Assembly: GCA_964016885.1 (NCBI GenBank)
Contig: OZ024740.1
Location: forward strand, 166,284,001-166,348,000
Source of the DNA: Eledone cirrhosa
Lineage: Eukaryota
DNA: 64,000 bases
Reading direction: 5' to 3'
Position 1 is the first letter of the stretch. The number at the start of each line of letters is the position of its first letter. Shown here in pieces: positions 31,002 to 45,078 of this stretch. The position numbers were made by a program, and so were the translations under genes. Under the pieces are notes generated by a model. The model had not been told where the DNA came from. It did no database searches and saw nothing but the letters and a program-made list of their open reading frames with translations.

Positions 31002-31704
31002 AGTATCTGATTTGAATATCGAATTCTCGAGATTTCAAAGTGCTGTGATAATGAATATATAGAGGATGATCAGACGCAGAAAAAAATTTCAATTACAATC
31101 AATTGTTATGAAAACAGTTTACATTAATCAGGTAAAGACCCTTAGATATATAAATGGTTCTGAATCCACACATAAAACATTTCTCAATCCAAAGTACAGC
31201 ACAGTGCATTTTGACCTGGATTCAGATAGCTGCGAAGTTAACCTTTTTAACCACACGATCACGTTTTTGACCAATGGTCTAGTTTTCATTCCATCTTACT
31301 CTAAAGTTGTAAATGCCATAGAGCAATCAATTTTTATTTTCTGCTATACCTTAATGAATCTTAGTCTCAGAATTCGCATACATGTATGTGCGCCCCATCT
31401 TTATGCAGTGTTGTCAGATAACCCAGCTACGTTTATCCTATACTTCACCAAGCATCACCATCACAACGAACTGTACTACACATTATTAGCGAAAAGATTA
31501 TTTCTTTATTATTTTATTAGCGAAAAAATACTAGTCCGTTTAAGTGTGCTGTCTTATGTGAGCGCAGATTGTTGTCCCAAATCTATTTGAACTTCTCCGC
31601 TTGATGGTTGAATATCTTCGCCAAGCACAGACGCATAATATGGAAATCTGGCTCTTCGATTCCTCAATAATTCGTCGATTATCTGTCCATACAAAATAAA
31701 TATC

Positions 31705-31890
31705 AATAATTGTTTCTACTTTTTGGCACAAGGCCAGCAATTACCCGGTGTATTACTGGTACTTTATTATATCGACCCCGTAAGGATGAAAGGCAAAGTC
31801 AACCTCAGCGGGGTTTGAACTCAGATCGTTAAGGGACGTAACTATGCTGGAAAGCATCGCATCCGACCCTCTACCGATACTGCCAAATAC
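31705..31890 (-). mobile_element. tRNA-derived SINE
   Basis: Reverse complement of the 34739-34924 family. Confidence 0.88.
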
Positions 31891-33499
31891 CAGCATATAC
31901 TCTATTAGCTGATTAAAAATGTATAATCTCAAATTGATTTGAACATCATACACAAAACCTGTGAACATATTTGAACCTTACACGAAGTAGTACATCTCGT
32001 AACCAATATGTTCATTATATGACTATATGAATAAAGGCTGTTGAATATTACTACAGTTGTTGGTTGCTGAAGAACTAAATAGCCGTGTGTTGCATCATAT
32101 TATTTAAATAATTATAAGGATAAAGAGAGAACTGGCCTCTAGAAATCATAATTTATTTACTGAGAACATTTGAGGTTCATGTGGAAATATTTTGCTACCA
32201 TATCAACTAATTTCCTAAAGTGTTTCAAGGTAAGATATACACCTACATCTAAAATAGCATGTGTTTGTTAGATATAAGATATATACTACTCGAACAGCCT
32301 TTACAATTCGGTTTATCGTTACAGATAACATCGAAATGAATTCAGTTCACGTACAAGTATTGAGAAAGGTATAAACATAATAATATGGCTATTTACATTC
32401 CTATACATATGTGGCATTGCCACAAACAATAAAAAGTATTATTCCAAATATATTGATCAAACAATTTTCTTTAGAATGATTTTCCTTTATTGCTTACTTT
32501 GAAAACTGTCCATGTAAGTTATTGTCTTTTCTTCAACATCTCTACAGTTTGTACCATAAACAGCCGATCTATCTCACACACACAAAAATGTATATATGTA
32601 TGTATATACGAATGTATATATGTATGTGTATGTATATGTGTGTATGTAAGCATGTAAGTACGTACGTATGTATGTATGTACATATGTATGTGTATATATG
32701 TATATGTATGTATGTATTTTGTTTTTTAAATCAATGGCGCCTAATTGACTAAAATAAAGTCACCGAAACTAGAGTTTCAAACTGTTCTCAGACTTATTAT
32801 AAAAATACTGTTTTTTATCCTAAATAGTAACGTGAATACAATATCATTTTCTAAATATGAAATATTATTTCCTAATTTGAAATGAATTATGACGTTGTGT
32901 TTGTGTATTTTCTTGTAATCCGGTAACACAAATGGTAAAATACACATTAGCACATGTATACACACAAGTAAGTTTTTACACATGGCAAAATACTGATGAT
33001 CGATCGGAGTATAATGTAACAGGGGAACAATTGATCCATTTTCATATTCCCACCCGTAATTCTACTGACATGTTTACACGTTCTATGAGATGATTTTTTC
33101 TTCTTCCGAAGACGAAAATAGATAAATATGAAAGTCAAATAACTGAAGGAATCAATATTAAAAGTCCCTCAGAGAACATGGTTTCTAATATTTCTCTGTT
33201 CGAGCACTCATTAGCAAATGGTAAGTAAAATGATATATGTTAAATAAAATTTGCCAAATATTTTAAATGGAATAGTTTTTCCGAGATGGCACTTTGGCGC
33301 TTGGCTACCTTCGTCGCAATTGGTTAAGTACATACGCTTGTATACACACTAATTTACTTGAAGACATATGTATGATTAATTGTGCATATATTGTCACAAT
33401 TGTACGAGGTGATGGCAGAACAAAATAGTATCAAGTGGTTTATAAAAATAGTGTTTTCACATACACAGATTTGGCATATGTATCTACAATTTACACTCA

Positions 33500-33584
<85 letters not shown>

Positions 33585-33593
33585 CATATATAG

Positions 33594-33757
33594 GTAAAGA
33601 GTCAGGACCCCGACGGCTGAGCACCGGCCGTTTCGACATCTAGATTCGTCGGGGTCCTGACTCTTTTCCTATTACCCACTCTACTACACTAAGTATCTCG
33701 TGCATTATGTACTCTGGTGTATTATGGTCCACCTGGTTCCTTACCACACTTTCTTTG

Positions 33758-33759
<2 letters not shown>
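33594..33759 (+). mobile_element. Family C fold-back fragment
   Basis: aagagtcaggaccccgacg / cgtcggggtcctgactctt inverted pair; homologous to 3851-4072. Confidence 0.75.
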
Positions 33760-33808
<49 letters not shown>

Positions 33809-34219
33809 ATGTATACTATACATGTATTTATTATGTATATTATATGTATGTATATATAACTTTGATTAACTTTGATAACTTTGACAGAATTCAACCAGTG
33901 TTGGTCCATGGTATGTCTAACTTAATAGTTCTACTTGGGGAAGTGTTTCACATTATAAGTTTACAACCGAGTCATGTTTTAAAAACAGTGCCCCCCCCCT
34001 CATCCCTAGTGAAAAGTTGTAATTTTCTGAGAAATTTTCTAGTGTAGGGATTTTATCCAGGATCTCTTAGGCAATGGTCAAGGGAACGTTTGAATATTAT
34101 GGGATGTGTTTTGATCGTGATGTATTTTGGTATGATATTAAAGAAAGTGGGACAGTATCTCGTGCATTATGTACTCTGGTGTATTATGGTCCACCTGGTT
34201 CCTTACCACACTTTCTTTG

Positions 34220-34270
<51 letters not shown>

Positions 34271-34619
34271 ATGTATACTATACATGTATTTATTATGTAT
34301 ATTATATGTATGTATATATAACTTTGATTAACTTTGATAACTTTGACAGAATTCAACCAGTGTTGGTCCATGGTATGTCTAACTTAATAGTTCTACTTGG
34401 GGAAGTGTTTCACATTATAAGTTTACAACCGAGTCATGTTTTAAAAACAGTGCCCCCCCCCCTCATCCCTAGTGAAAAGTTGTAATTTTCTGAGAAATTT
34501 TCTAGTGTAGGGATTTTATCCAGGATCTCATAGGCAATGGTCAAGGGAACGTTTGAATATTATGGGATGTGTTTTGATCGTGATGTATTTTGGTATGATA
34601 TTAAAGAAAGTGGGACAGT
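33692..34619. repeat. Near-perfect tandem duplication of about 462 bp
   Basis: 33692-34156 = 34154-34619, with AGT microhomology at the junction. Confidence 0.92.
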
Positions 34620-35034
34620 TGAGGTGAAGTAGTTGTATCGTATTATTGCGACTTTGATTTCTCTAGTGGGTTAATAGCACGGGGATAAACCGTTAGTTGG
34701 ATTTTAACGGATTAATCAATATTATTTGTGTAATATTGGCGGTGGATTGGCAGTATCGGTAGAGGTTCGGACGCCATGCTTTGACGCATAGAGTTACGGC
34801 CCTTGCCATTCTGAGTTCAAATCCCGCCGAGGTTAACTTTGCCTTTCATCCTTACGGGGTCGATAAAATAAAGTACCAGTAATGTACTGGGTAATTTTCT
34901 GGCCTTGTGCCAATAGTAGAAACAATTATTTGTGTAATATTGATGGAATATTTCCCTACATTATACTGCAGCGATGAAGACAGTAGAGTTTTAGCTTTTT
35001 GTTTATTCCACCCTCAATAGTCATGGCATGTGGA

Positions 35035-35035
<1 letters not shown>
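34320..35035 (-). mobile_element. Decayed CR1/L2-like LINE 3' fragment interrupted by a SINE
   Basis: Homologous to 42507-43160 (3' end tcaaagttatcaaa); FKRSLD-like residues. Confidence 0.6.
34739..34924 (+). mobile_element. Young tRNA-derived SINE (probably octopus OK/OR type) with 18-bp TSD
   Basis: A box tggcagtatcggtag, B box gagttcaaatccc; TSD attatttgtgtaatattg at 34721 and 34925. Confidence 0.92.
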
Positions 35036-35094
<59 letters not shown>

Positions 35095-35956
35095 TAAAAA
35101 AATAATGAATAAAACAATGAAACAGTTCCTTATATTAAACAAAAAAAGTTCATTATTTAACGATCGTTTCTAGGACATATATGTGTTAGAATTGGCATGC
35201 ATATTCAACAGATCTATGTACAGAATTATACAAAATTATACAAACTATCAAATTTAATATACATACCAACACATATATATGCCGTCTTCAGAAATAATGA
35301 AATATATTTATTGATAATAACAACAATTCAAAATTACAGGTCTGTTTGGGAACAGAGTTCAAATTGACCAATGAAATACACAAAAAATATATCCAGAAAA
35401 TACAGTTAGGTGTGTGTATATATGTAAGTAACTTCGTTCACAGATATGCATAAAAATATATGTTCACATGCATACGCATGTCGAAAAAATGTATGTAAAT
35501 ACAAAAATTCAGGGCTAATGTCTCTGTATGTCTATAATCTACAGATAAAATACACACACGTATATAAACATATATACATTCATATATACACACATAAACA
35601 TACATTCACACACACACGCGCATATACGCATAAACATACACATAACCACGAACATACACACACACACACACCCACACACACACACACACACATATATGTG
35701 TATATATTATTATCATAAGCATATGGACATTAAGGCGCGCACATAAGCACTGCCACATACATTTAGATCCAGATACAGAAAGTAGGTGTGTGGGGGGGGG
35801 GTCAGTATTTACGGGTGTCAGACAAACTGCAATATTTAAAAATGTATCTATAAATTTAGAAATAAAAAGAAGAATATTAAAAAAATATATATATATAAAC
35901 AAGTAAAATATAAAATACACATCGATATACATATATATATATATACATATATACAT

Positions 35957-36013
<57 letters not shown>

Positions 36014-36233
36014 TATACACTTACATACACACATATATACATAGAGACACATACATATACACATATAAATACATAGACACATATACGTACACACATATAT
36101 ATATATATACATATTCACAACACACATATATATATATATATACACATATATATATACACACACACACATACACATACATACCCATACATACATATATATA
36201 CACACACATACACACACACATATACACACACAC

Positions 36234-36276
<43 letters not shown>

Positions 36277-36424
36277 TACATACATACACATATATATACA
36301 CACACACACATACACATACATATTCGCATATATACACACACACACATCCATGTATGCATATACACATACAACTACACGCTCACACAACTCAGACATACAT
36401 AAATAAAGAGATATACATACACAC

Positions 36425-36473
<49 letters not shown>

Positions 36474-36547
36474 CATACATACATATATATAAAATAAATA
36501 AATAAATAAATAAATAAATAAATACACACAGTCAGACAATTATGCAC

Positions 36548-36592
<45 letters not shown>

Positions 36593-36604
36593 TACACATC
36601 AACT

Positions 36605-36648
<44 letters not shown>

Positions 36649-36746
36649 TCACATATACACGCACACATACGCATATATATACACACACACATACACATAG
36701 ACATATATATATACATACATTTAAACACATACATATATACATATAT

Positions 36747-36783
<37 letters not shown>

Positions 36784-36830
36784 CACAATCATACACCCTT
36801 ATTTACATGCGCACATATGTATTTTTATAG

Positions 36831-39248
36831 GGAACCTCTTTAAAGAATATACCAATACCTTCTAAGGATGACTTCTTACTCCTTATGATACAGAAAACTA
36901 ACCAATTTATCAGAAGAGTTAGATGGAGGGCCTACCACTTCGATAAAAAATCTAAATATGCAGATAGGAAATATATGTATGATTTCAATACTTACAAGAA
37001 TCCACCACACAACTCTCTACTTGAAGACTTTGAGAAAGACCTTTTTAATTTAATTAAACACCTCAAATTTAAGAAGTATGAATCTGTCTTTCAAAAGGAC
37101 CTTGATTCTACCCTATTGGACCTAAAAAAGTCTAAAAAAATCCATGTCCACTCGGACAAAACAGGAAACTTGTATCACATGGATATTGAAGATTATAATG
37201 AGTTCATATATAAAGAACTCAGGAAAAATTATAAAAAATCTAATAATGCGTCACTCACCAACATCAACAACAAAACACACAACATAGTAAAAAAACTAAA
37301 CATTGAAGATAGAACTGAACCTTTGGCATTGAAAAGACCACACTTCAACCTGAAGGATCATAAATCAAACTTTAACTCAAATCCTTCTATAAGACTTATA
37401 TGTCCCTCCAAATCTGATATTGGAATAATTAGCAAACAAATTTTGGATAGAGTCATCCCACAAATAAGAAAACACGTTAATTTACCACTCTGGGAAAACA
37501 CTTCCCAGGTAATTAACTGGTTTAAAAATATTAGATGTAAATCTTCTGCTTCTTTTCTACAATTTGATATAGAAAATTACTATTCTTCTATATCACCTAT
37601 ACTCCTGAACAAAGCTTTGATATTTGCTAAAAATAGATCTAACTTAACTTTGGATGACATTAATATTATTACACATGCTAGACTAACACTTATTGAATTT
37701 CAGAATGAATACTGGACCAGAAACACATATAGTAATCTATTTGATATTACTATGGGTTCAAGCGATTCCGCCCAAATTACTGATCTTGTGGGCCTCTTTC
37801 TCCTTTTCAACATAAATGCTTCCTTTCCCCACCTTAAAGGTGGTTTATATCGTGATGACAGTCTTCTTCTTTCCAACAACCTTAGCCTTTCAGAAATAGA
37901 AAAAAACAAAAAGCTTATTAGAACTTTCCTTAAAGACTATTATAGTCTTCATATTACTTTTGAAAACACAAGTAAAGTAGTTAATTTCCTAGATAAAACT
38001 TTAGACTTAGCTACGGGTATCTACCAACCTTACCATAAACCCAACCAAAACTTACACTACATACACTCACAATCTGATCACCCTAAATCTATCCTTAAAA
38101 ACCTTGCATATAATATATCACTTAGAATTTCTAACCTTTCGTCTAACCAAGATGTATTTGATAAAAATGCGACCTTCTATAACGAAGTTCTAGATAGAAG
38201 TGGCCACAACAATAGATTAGAATATATACCTTCTACTAAAAATACTATAAACATACAACCTAATATTACCAACAAACACCAAATGAAAAGTACACACCTA
38301 AATGCCACCCACACTATACCCCAAAATACCAACAACTCCTCTAATATAAAGTATAGTAACTCTCAAAAAACTACTCATCATACAACTCTAATAAATGTTA
38401 ATAATAAAACTCCTAATAAACAAGATAAAACACCTAAATCTATAAATCTAACTAAAAATGTGCGTGGTGAGATCATTAACATTAATCCCCCTAGTAAACA
38501 TCAGGATACAACCTATAAAAATAATAAACAACATAGAAACCGTAATAGACGAGTTACTTGGTATAATTCTCCATTTAATTTACAAATTAAGGATAATATT
38601 GCTAAAAAAATTGTTTATATCCTAGAGAAAAACTTCCCGCCAAACCACAAATACCATCAAATCTTAAATAGGTCAACAGTTAAATTCTCATACTCAACAA
38701 CCAAAAACATAAAACAAAATATAAGTGCCTATAATGCATATAAATGTAAGAATACCATAAGTATACCACCAATACATCAAACTAACCATAATATCTCCTC
38801 AAATACAGAATTAACGAAAGGTTGTAACTGTAGAAACAAAGCAAACTGCCCATTAAAAGGAAATTGTCTTGTTAACAACATAGTTTATAAATGTAATGTT
38901 AAAACTAAAGATTCTATTTGCTCATATATAGGAGCTACTTCTAACAATTTTAAGGTAAGGTTTAATACCCACAAACATAGTTTTAAAAATGCCGCACTAG
39001 CTAATACAACATCTCTAGCAGAAAAAATCAATAGTTATAAAAATAAGAATATAGAATATGATTTGACCTGGAGTGTGCTCAAAAGAGCCACCCCTTATTA
39101 AAATAATAGAAATGAATGTAGATTATGTTCCCAAGAACTATTTGAAATAATGAAATCTAAGGATATCCTATTAAATAAGCGACATGAATTAATTATATCG
39201 TGTAATCATAAACTAAGAAAAACATTTAAATATTATAAACCTAATTAA
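36831..39248 (+). CDS. PLE reverse transcriptase + GIY-YIG endonuclease polyprotein (one in-frame TAA at 39099; extreme N-terminus probably clipped by the inversion)
   Basis: SLKNIPIP...[58 protein letters not shown]-x5-[11 protein letters not shown]...YIG..FKVRF..H..SF; past the TAA the frame continues CRLC...LNKRHE...CNH. Confidence 0.93.
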
Positions 39249-39707
39249 TAATATAATTTTAGAAATTAATATAAAATTTAATTTAAATGTTAGTTAACCT
39301 ATAAATTTAATTTAATTAAAATTCTACTACAGTTGAGATTATAAAATATTGTGTAATCATAAATTGTGAAAAACTTTTAAATATTATTAACATAATTAAT
39401 ATATACTTTGTAAATTAATTTATAGATTAATTTTAGTTTATTTAACCTTTTATTAAAATTCCTTTACAGAGGAAATATAACAAAATAGCGTGTAATCAAT
39501 GACAGAGAAATATTTTTTAATATTATAAATCTAATTAATGTACAATTTAGAAATATATTTATAATTTAATTTTAATTTAGTTAACCTAAAATTTTATTTT
39601 AATTAGCTTAAAATTAAAATTCTAATACAGATGGATTGCAGAATATCATGTAATCATAAACTGAGAAAAATGTTAAATATATACCTAATTAATATATTCT
39701 TTACAAT

Positions 39708-39804
<97 letters not shown>

Positions 39805-40165
39805 TAATTTTTATTTTTTGTTAACCTATAATTATATATTACTATAGATAAAATACAAAATCTGTTTTAATTATTATAAACCTAATTAACATATACTATA
39901 GAAATTAATATATAATTTTTAATTTAGTTAACCTATAATTTATATTCTACTACCGATGAAATACTTGATTTGGTTTTTTTCCCTATTACTAAATTTATTT
40001 CCTAATATTGATACCATAATGTTAATATTTTTCATTTAGTTATGCTATAATTAATACTCTACTACTGTTTAACTTCAAAATTCCGCTTCAAAGATTATAA
40101 ACCTAAGTAGTATACACCTTAGAAATCAATATATTAACTATTTTTAATTTAGTTAACCTATACTT
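39195..40165 (+). repeat. Degenerate tandem repeats of about 150 bp derived from the ORF end
   Basis: tgtaatca(taaa)...aatattataaacctaattaat...ttagttaacct recurs at about 39200, 39352, 39492, 39649, with partial units at 39870 and 40093. Confidence 0.8.
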
Positions 40166-40441
40166 AATAGTCTACTTATATTAAAATGCATAATTTTGCT
40201 TTCTTTCTTACATTTCCTAATACTGAAAATACTATGTAAACACATATTATGATCTAGATGCAATTTAATATTCTATGCTCCTTGAAACCTATTTTTACTA
40301 TAATCCCCTCCCCCCTCACTATAATTATTTGTATTTGTAAGCGTGGATGTACGTATGTATATGTAGGTAGGGATGTATGTTTGGGTGCTTGTATGTGAGT
40401 ATAAAAATACATATGTGCGCATGTAAATAAGGGTGTATGAT

Positions 40442-40524
<83 letters not shown>

Positions 40525-40662
40525 ATATATATGTATATATGTATGTGTGTATATGTATGTATATATATATATCTATGTGTATGTGTGTGTGTGTATATAT
40601 ATGCGTATGTGTGCGTGTATATGTGAGTATATATATATATATATATTTGTATTTGATGTGTG

Positions 40663-40701
<39 letters not shown>

Positions 40702-40767
40702 GTGCATAATTGTCTGACTGTGTGTATTTATTTATTTATTTATTTATTTTATATATATGTATGTATG

Positions 40768-40828
<61 letters not shown>

Positions 40829-40891
40829 GTGTATGTATATGTGTGTGTGTGTGTGTGTGTATATATATTTACGTGTGTATATATATATATA

Positions 40892-40932
<41 letters not shown>

Positions 40933-41086
40933 GTGTGTATGTATATCTCTTTATTTATGTATGTCTGAGTTGTGTGAGCGTGTAGTTGTATGTGTATATG
41001 CATACATGGATGTGTGTGTGTGTGTGTGTATATATGCGTATATGTATGTGTATGTGTGTGTGTGTATATATATGTGTATGTATGTA

Positions 41087-41151
<65 letters not shown>

Positions 41152-42067
41152 GTGTGTGTGTATATGTGTGTGTGTATGTGTGTGTATATATATGTATGTA
41201 TGGGTATGTATGTGTATGTGTGTGTGTACATGTGTGTGTGTGTATATATATATATGTGTATATATATATATATATGTGTTGTGAATATGTATATATATAT
41301 ATATGTGTGTACGTATATGTGTCTATGTATTTATATGTGTATATGTATGTGTCTCTATGTATATGTGTGTGTATGTATGTGTATATATATGTATATATAT
41401 ATATATATATGTGTGTATGTATATATGTATATATATATATATGTATATCGATGTGTATTTTATATTTTACTTGTTTATATATATATATTTTTTTAATATT
41501 CTTCTTTTTATTTCTAAATTTATAGATACATTTTTAAATAGGCAGTTTGTCTGACACCCGTAAATACTGCCCCCCCCCCCCCCACCTACTTTCTGAGTCT
41601 GGATCTAAATATATGTGGCAGTGCTTATGTGCGCGCCTTAATGTCCATATGCTTATGATAATAATATATACACATATATGTGTGTGTGTGTGTGTGGGTG
41701 TGTGTGTGTGTGTATGTTCGTGGTTATGTGTATGTTTATGCGTATATGCGCGTGTGTGTGTGAATGTATGTTTATGTGTGTATATATGAATGTATATATG
41801 TTTATATACGTGTGTGTATTTTATCTGTAGATTATAGACATACAGAGACATTAGCCCTGAATTTTTGTATTTACATACATTTTTTCGACATGCGTATGCA
41901 TGTGAACATATATTTTTATGCATATCTGTGAACGAAGTTACTTACATATATACACACACCTAACTGTATTTTCTGGATATATTTTTTGTGTATTTCATTG
42001 GTCAATTTGAACTCTGTTCCCAAACAGACCTGTAATTTTGAATTGTTGTTATTATCAATAAATATAT

Positions 42068-42210
42068 TTCATTATTTCTGAAGACGGCATATATATGTGT
42101 TGGTATGTATATTAAATTTGATAGTTTGTATAATTTTGTACATAGATCTGTTGAATATGCATGCCAATTCTAACACATATATGTCCTAGAAACGATCGTT
42201 AAATAATGAA
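42068..42210 (+). ncRNA. Type I HHR in the Naiad pLTR (family E); antisense copy at 35149-35301
   Basis: ttcattattt-CTGAAGA-[104 nt]-GAAA-CGATCG-TT-aaataatgaa; 10-bp stem I. Confidence 0.78.
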
Positions 42211-42404
42211 CTTTTTTTGTTTAATATAAGGAACTGTTTCATTGTTTTATTCATTATTTTTTAAATATTTTATCTTGACTCTGTATTCCGTTTATCTTTC
42301 ACCGAAAGTGATTTTTGAATGCATCTCTTCTTTCCATGATATCCGGATTACATTGAGTTCTTCATACGGATTGGACACTACCGTAAACTCTTGGTAGATT
42401 TATC

Positions 42405-42487
<83 letters not shown>

Positions 42488-42506
42488 ATATATATATACA
42501 CACATG

Positions 42507-43160
42507 TAATTTTGATAACTTTGATACATTTCGGCGAGTATTGGGCCAGGCCATGTTAAACTTAATAGCACTACCTGGCGAAGTCTTTTAAAACAGCATT
42601 TGGACACCATGGCCCACTCAAGTAGAGAGTTATTCTTTACGGTAATATATCCGGGTGTAGAAGGTTTATCCGGGATATATTGAGGCAATTTGTCAAAAGA
42701 TGTTTTGAACTTTATGGGGTCTGTTTCTGTTTTAATGTGCTTTGGTATAATGGTTTCATTAGCGTGTTCTGTTTTCATTTCGTTACACTGAGAGCTGGAC
42801 CAATTGAGGTGAAATAATTGTGCCGTAATGTTGTTATGACATGCGAGTGTGATTTTTGTTGTGGCCGGATAGCGTGGCGCCCAAGCCTTGGGTGCAACAT
42901 ACAGATGATGCGAACATCATTTGGGCGACGCTGATGGAATATTTTCCATATCATGCAGACGACGTATCGCTAACGGCGACGTTAGAGAGAATACAGTTTG
43001 AGTTTTTCAAGTTTGAGTTTTTCTAGTCAACCCCAAATGTCAAGGCCTGAAATGCCATCTACCTTTTTCGTGATTGACATTACATTTTTATGAAACTTTG
43101 TTTCCTGTGGAGAGACCAAAGTGGACAACAGTATTCAAGGTGGGGTCACCCATTGTGTAT
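42507..43160 (-). mobile_element. CR1/L2-like LINE 3' fragment
   Basis: FKTSFDKLPQYIPDKPSTPGY..NNSL resembles the C-terminus of CR1-group ORF2. Confidence 0.65.
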
Positions 43161-43177
43161 ATATATATATCCCCCCC

Positions 43178-43579
<402 letters not shown>

Positions 43580-44904
43580 CATGTGTCTGTCTGGGTCGAG
43601 GCACACAATTTGCGTGTCTTTCAAAGTTCATCTAATTGAAAATACAATTTACACATGAAAACATCTATTCGAAATTTAGTAAAACAGAAAGAGAAAAATA
43701 ACCTTTTCCCCGCAGAAAATATTCCATCTGCCCATTGACATCAAGTTTTGATTGACTGCGAAACAATTATATTAAATTGAAAAATCCAATGATCATGTGT
43801 GTGAAGGTTTGACGTCTAGATTGTAGTGAGTGTTAGGTGTCGTATACCAGTTGCACTGAGATGTGTATAGCAGGTTTAAAGGCTATAAGTGTAACGAAAT
43901 GAAAACAGAACACGCTAATGAAACCATAATTAGTATATTTATAGGTTGTAATAGGTATTGGGTATATTCATGTTGAACTAAATTAATGATCCTATACAAT
44001 ATATTCTCGATATATGTAACTTTTTGTGAAGATATGCTTTTCATGTTGTTAAATCTTGAATGTGTTTACGTATATATATATATATATATACGTATATATA
44101 TATACGTATATATATATACGTATATATATATATATATGTATATATATGCATCTTTGAAATATGGTGATATGGGGCAACTGTGATTCAGCTGAGAAGCAAA
44201 CTAGGGCGAGAAATATACCCTAATCTATTCCATGTCATTTGAAGTAATTAAAGTCACTGCAATGGAATTGTATCTTGTCCTATGAAAGCAATGGTCCAGC
44301 TTCATCCGTGTTAAAGTATTTTCACCGAGCATGTTCGCTAGAATGGGTTGGGAGTACAATCATTGCAAATAATTGTGCCTCAAGAAGAGCAATATAAATA
44401 GACTTTAGCCAAAGGGAGGGCAGAGTTTCTGTAAGAGAGATTTGTTGTCACGATAATAAGGAACCAATCACGTAATAAGTGCTAGCCAAAGAAGGAGGGC
44501 GTAGCGTTAGAGTCATAATAAGTTGCACACGATGAAAAACGAAACACATATCACGATTAAATAAATACATCTAGTTTCCTCTTCAGCCACGCATTAGTCA
44601 AGTCTATTTCGTGCATAAGGTTGATATTGCATAATATTCAGGACGACGGCCAAGAAGAGGCCGTTAGAAAGATGGTTATGTTACAAAGCCATAATATAAA
44701 GGGAGGGGACCACAAGTGAGTATCTTTCGACAGCAAAGCCTGTACAGATAAAATGCAGACACATTCTGTGAATGGTAACACCATGAAGAGGGAAATGTAA
44801 ATACACTTTTGTTAAAGTAAACACTTAATATATATAGGATTTTTGCTTACACTAATCCATTTCATGAGCTAATACTGCTATACAGCGTAGTCATGTTCTG
44901 TCGA

Positions 44905-44984
<80 letters not shown>

Positions 44985-45040
44985 CTCTGTGTGTGTGTGT
45001 GTGTGTGTGTGTCTGTGTGTGTGTGTGTGTGTGTGTGCGC

Positions 45041-45078
<38 letters not shown>

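Larger units (their letters stand above)
35089..42408 (+). mobile_element. Near full-length Naiad-type Penelope-like retroelement with an inverted 5' pLTR
   Basis: 35089-36829 is the reverse complement of about 40400-42270; ORF 36831-39248; HHR at 42068-42210; (TA)n at both ends. Confidence 0.92.

Noticed and set aside
36821-36831. tttttatag|G as a splice acceptor for the PLE ORF
   Set aside because: The pyrimidine tract belongs to the inverted arm, so this is the inversion junction.
39099-39101. In-frame stop as selenocysteine recoding (reported for some Naiads)
   Set aside because: The codon is TAA, not TGA, and the conserved Cys residues are normally encoded. A nonsense mutation or sequencing error is more likely.
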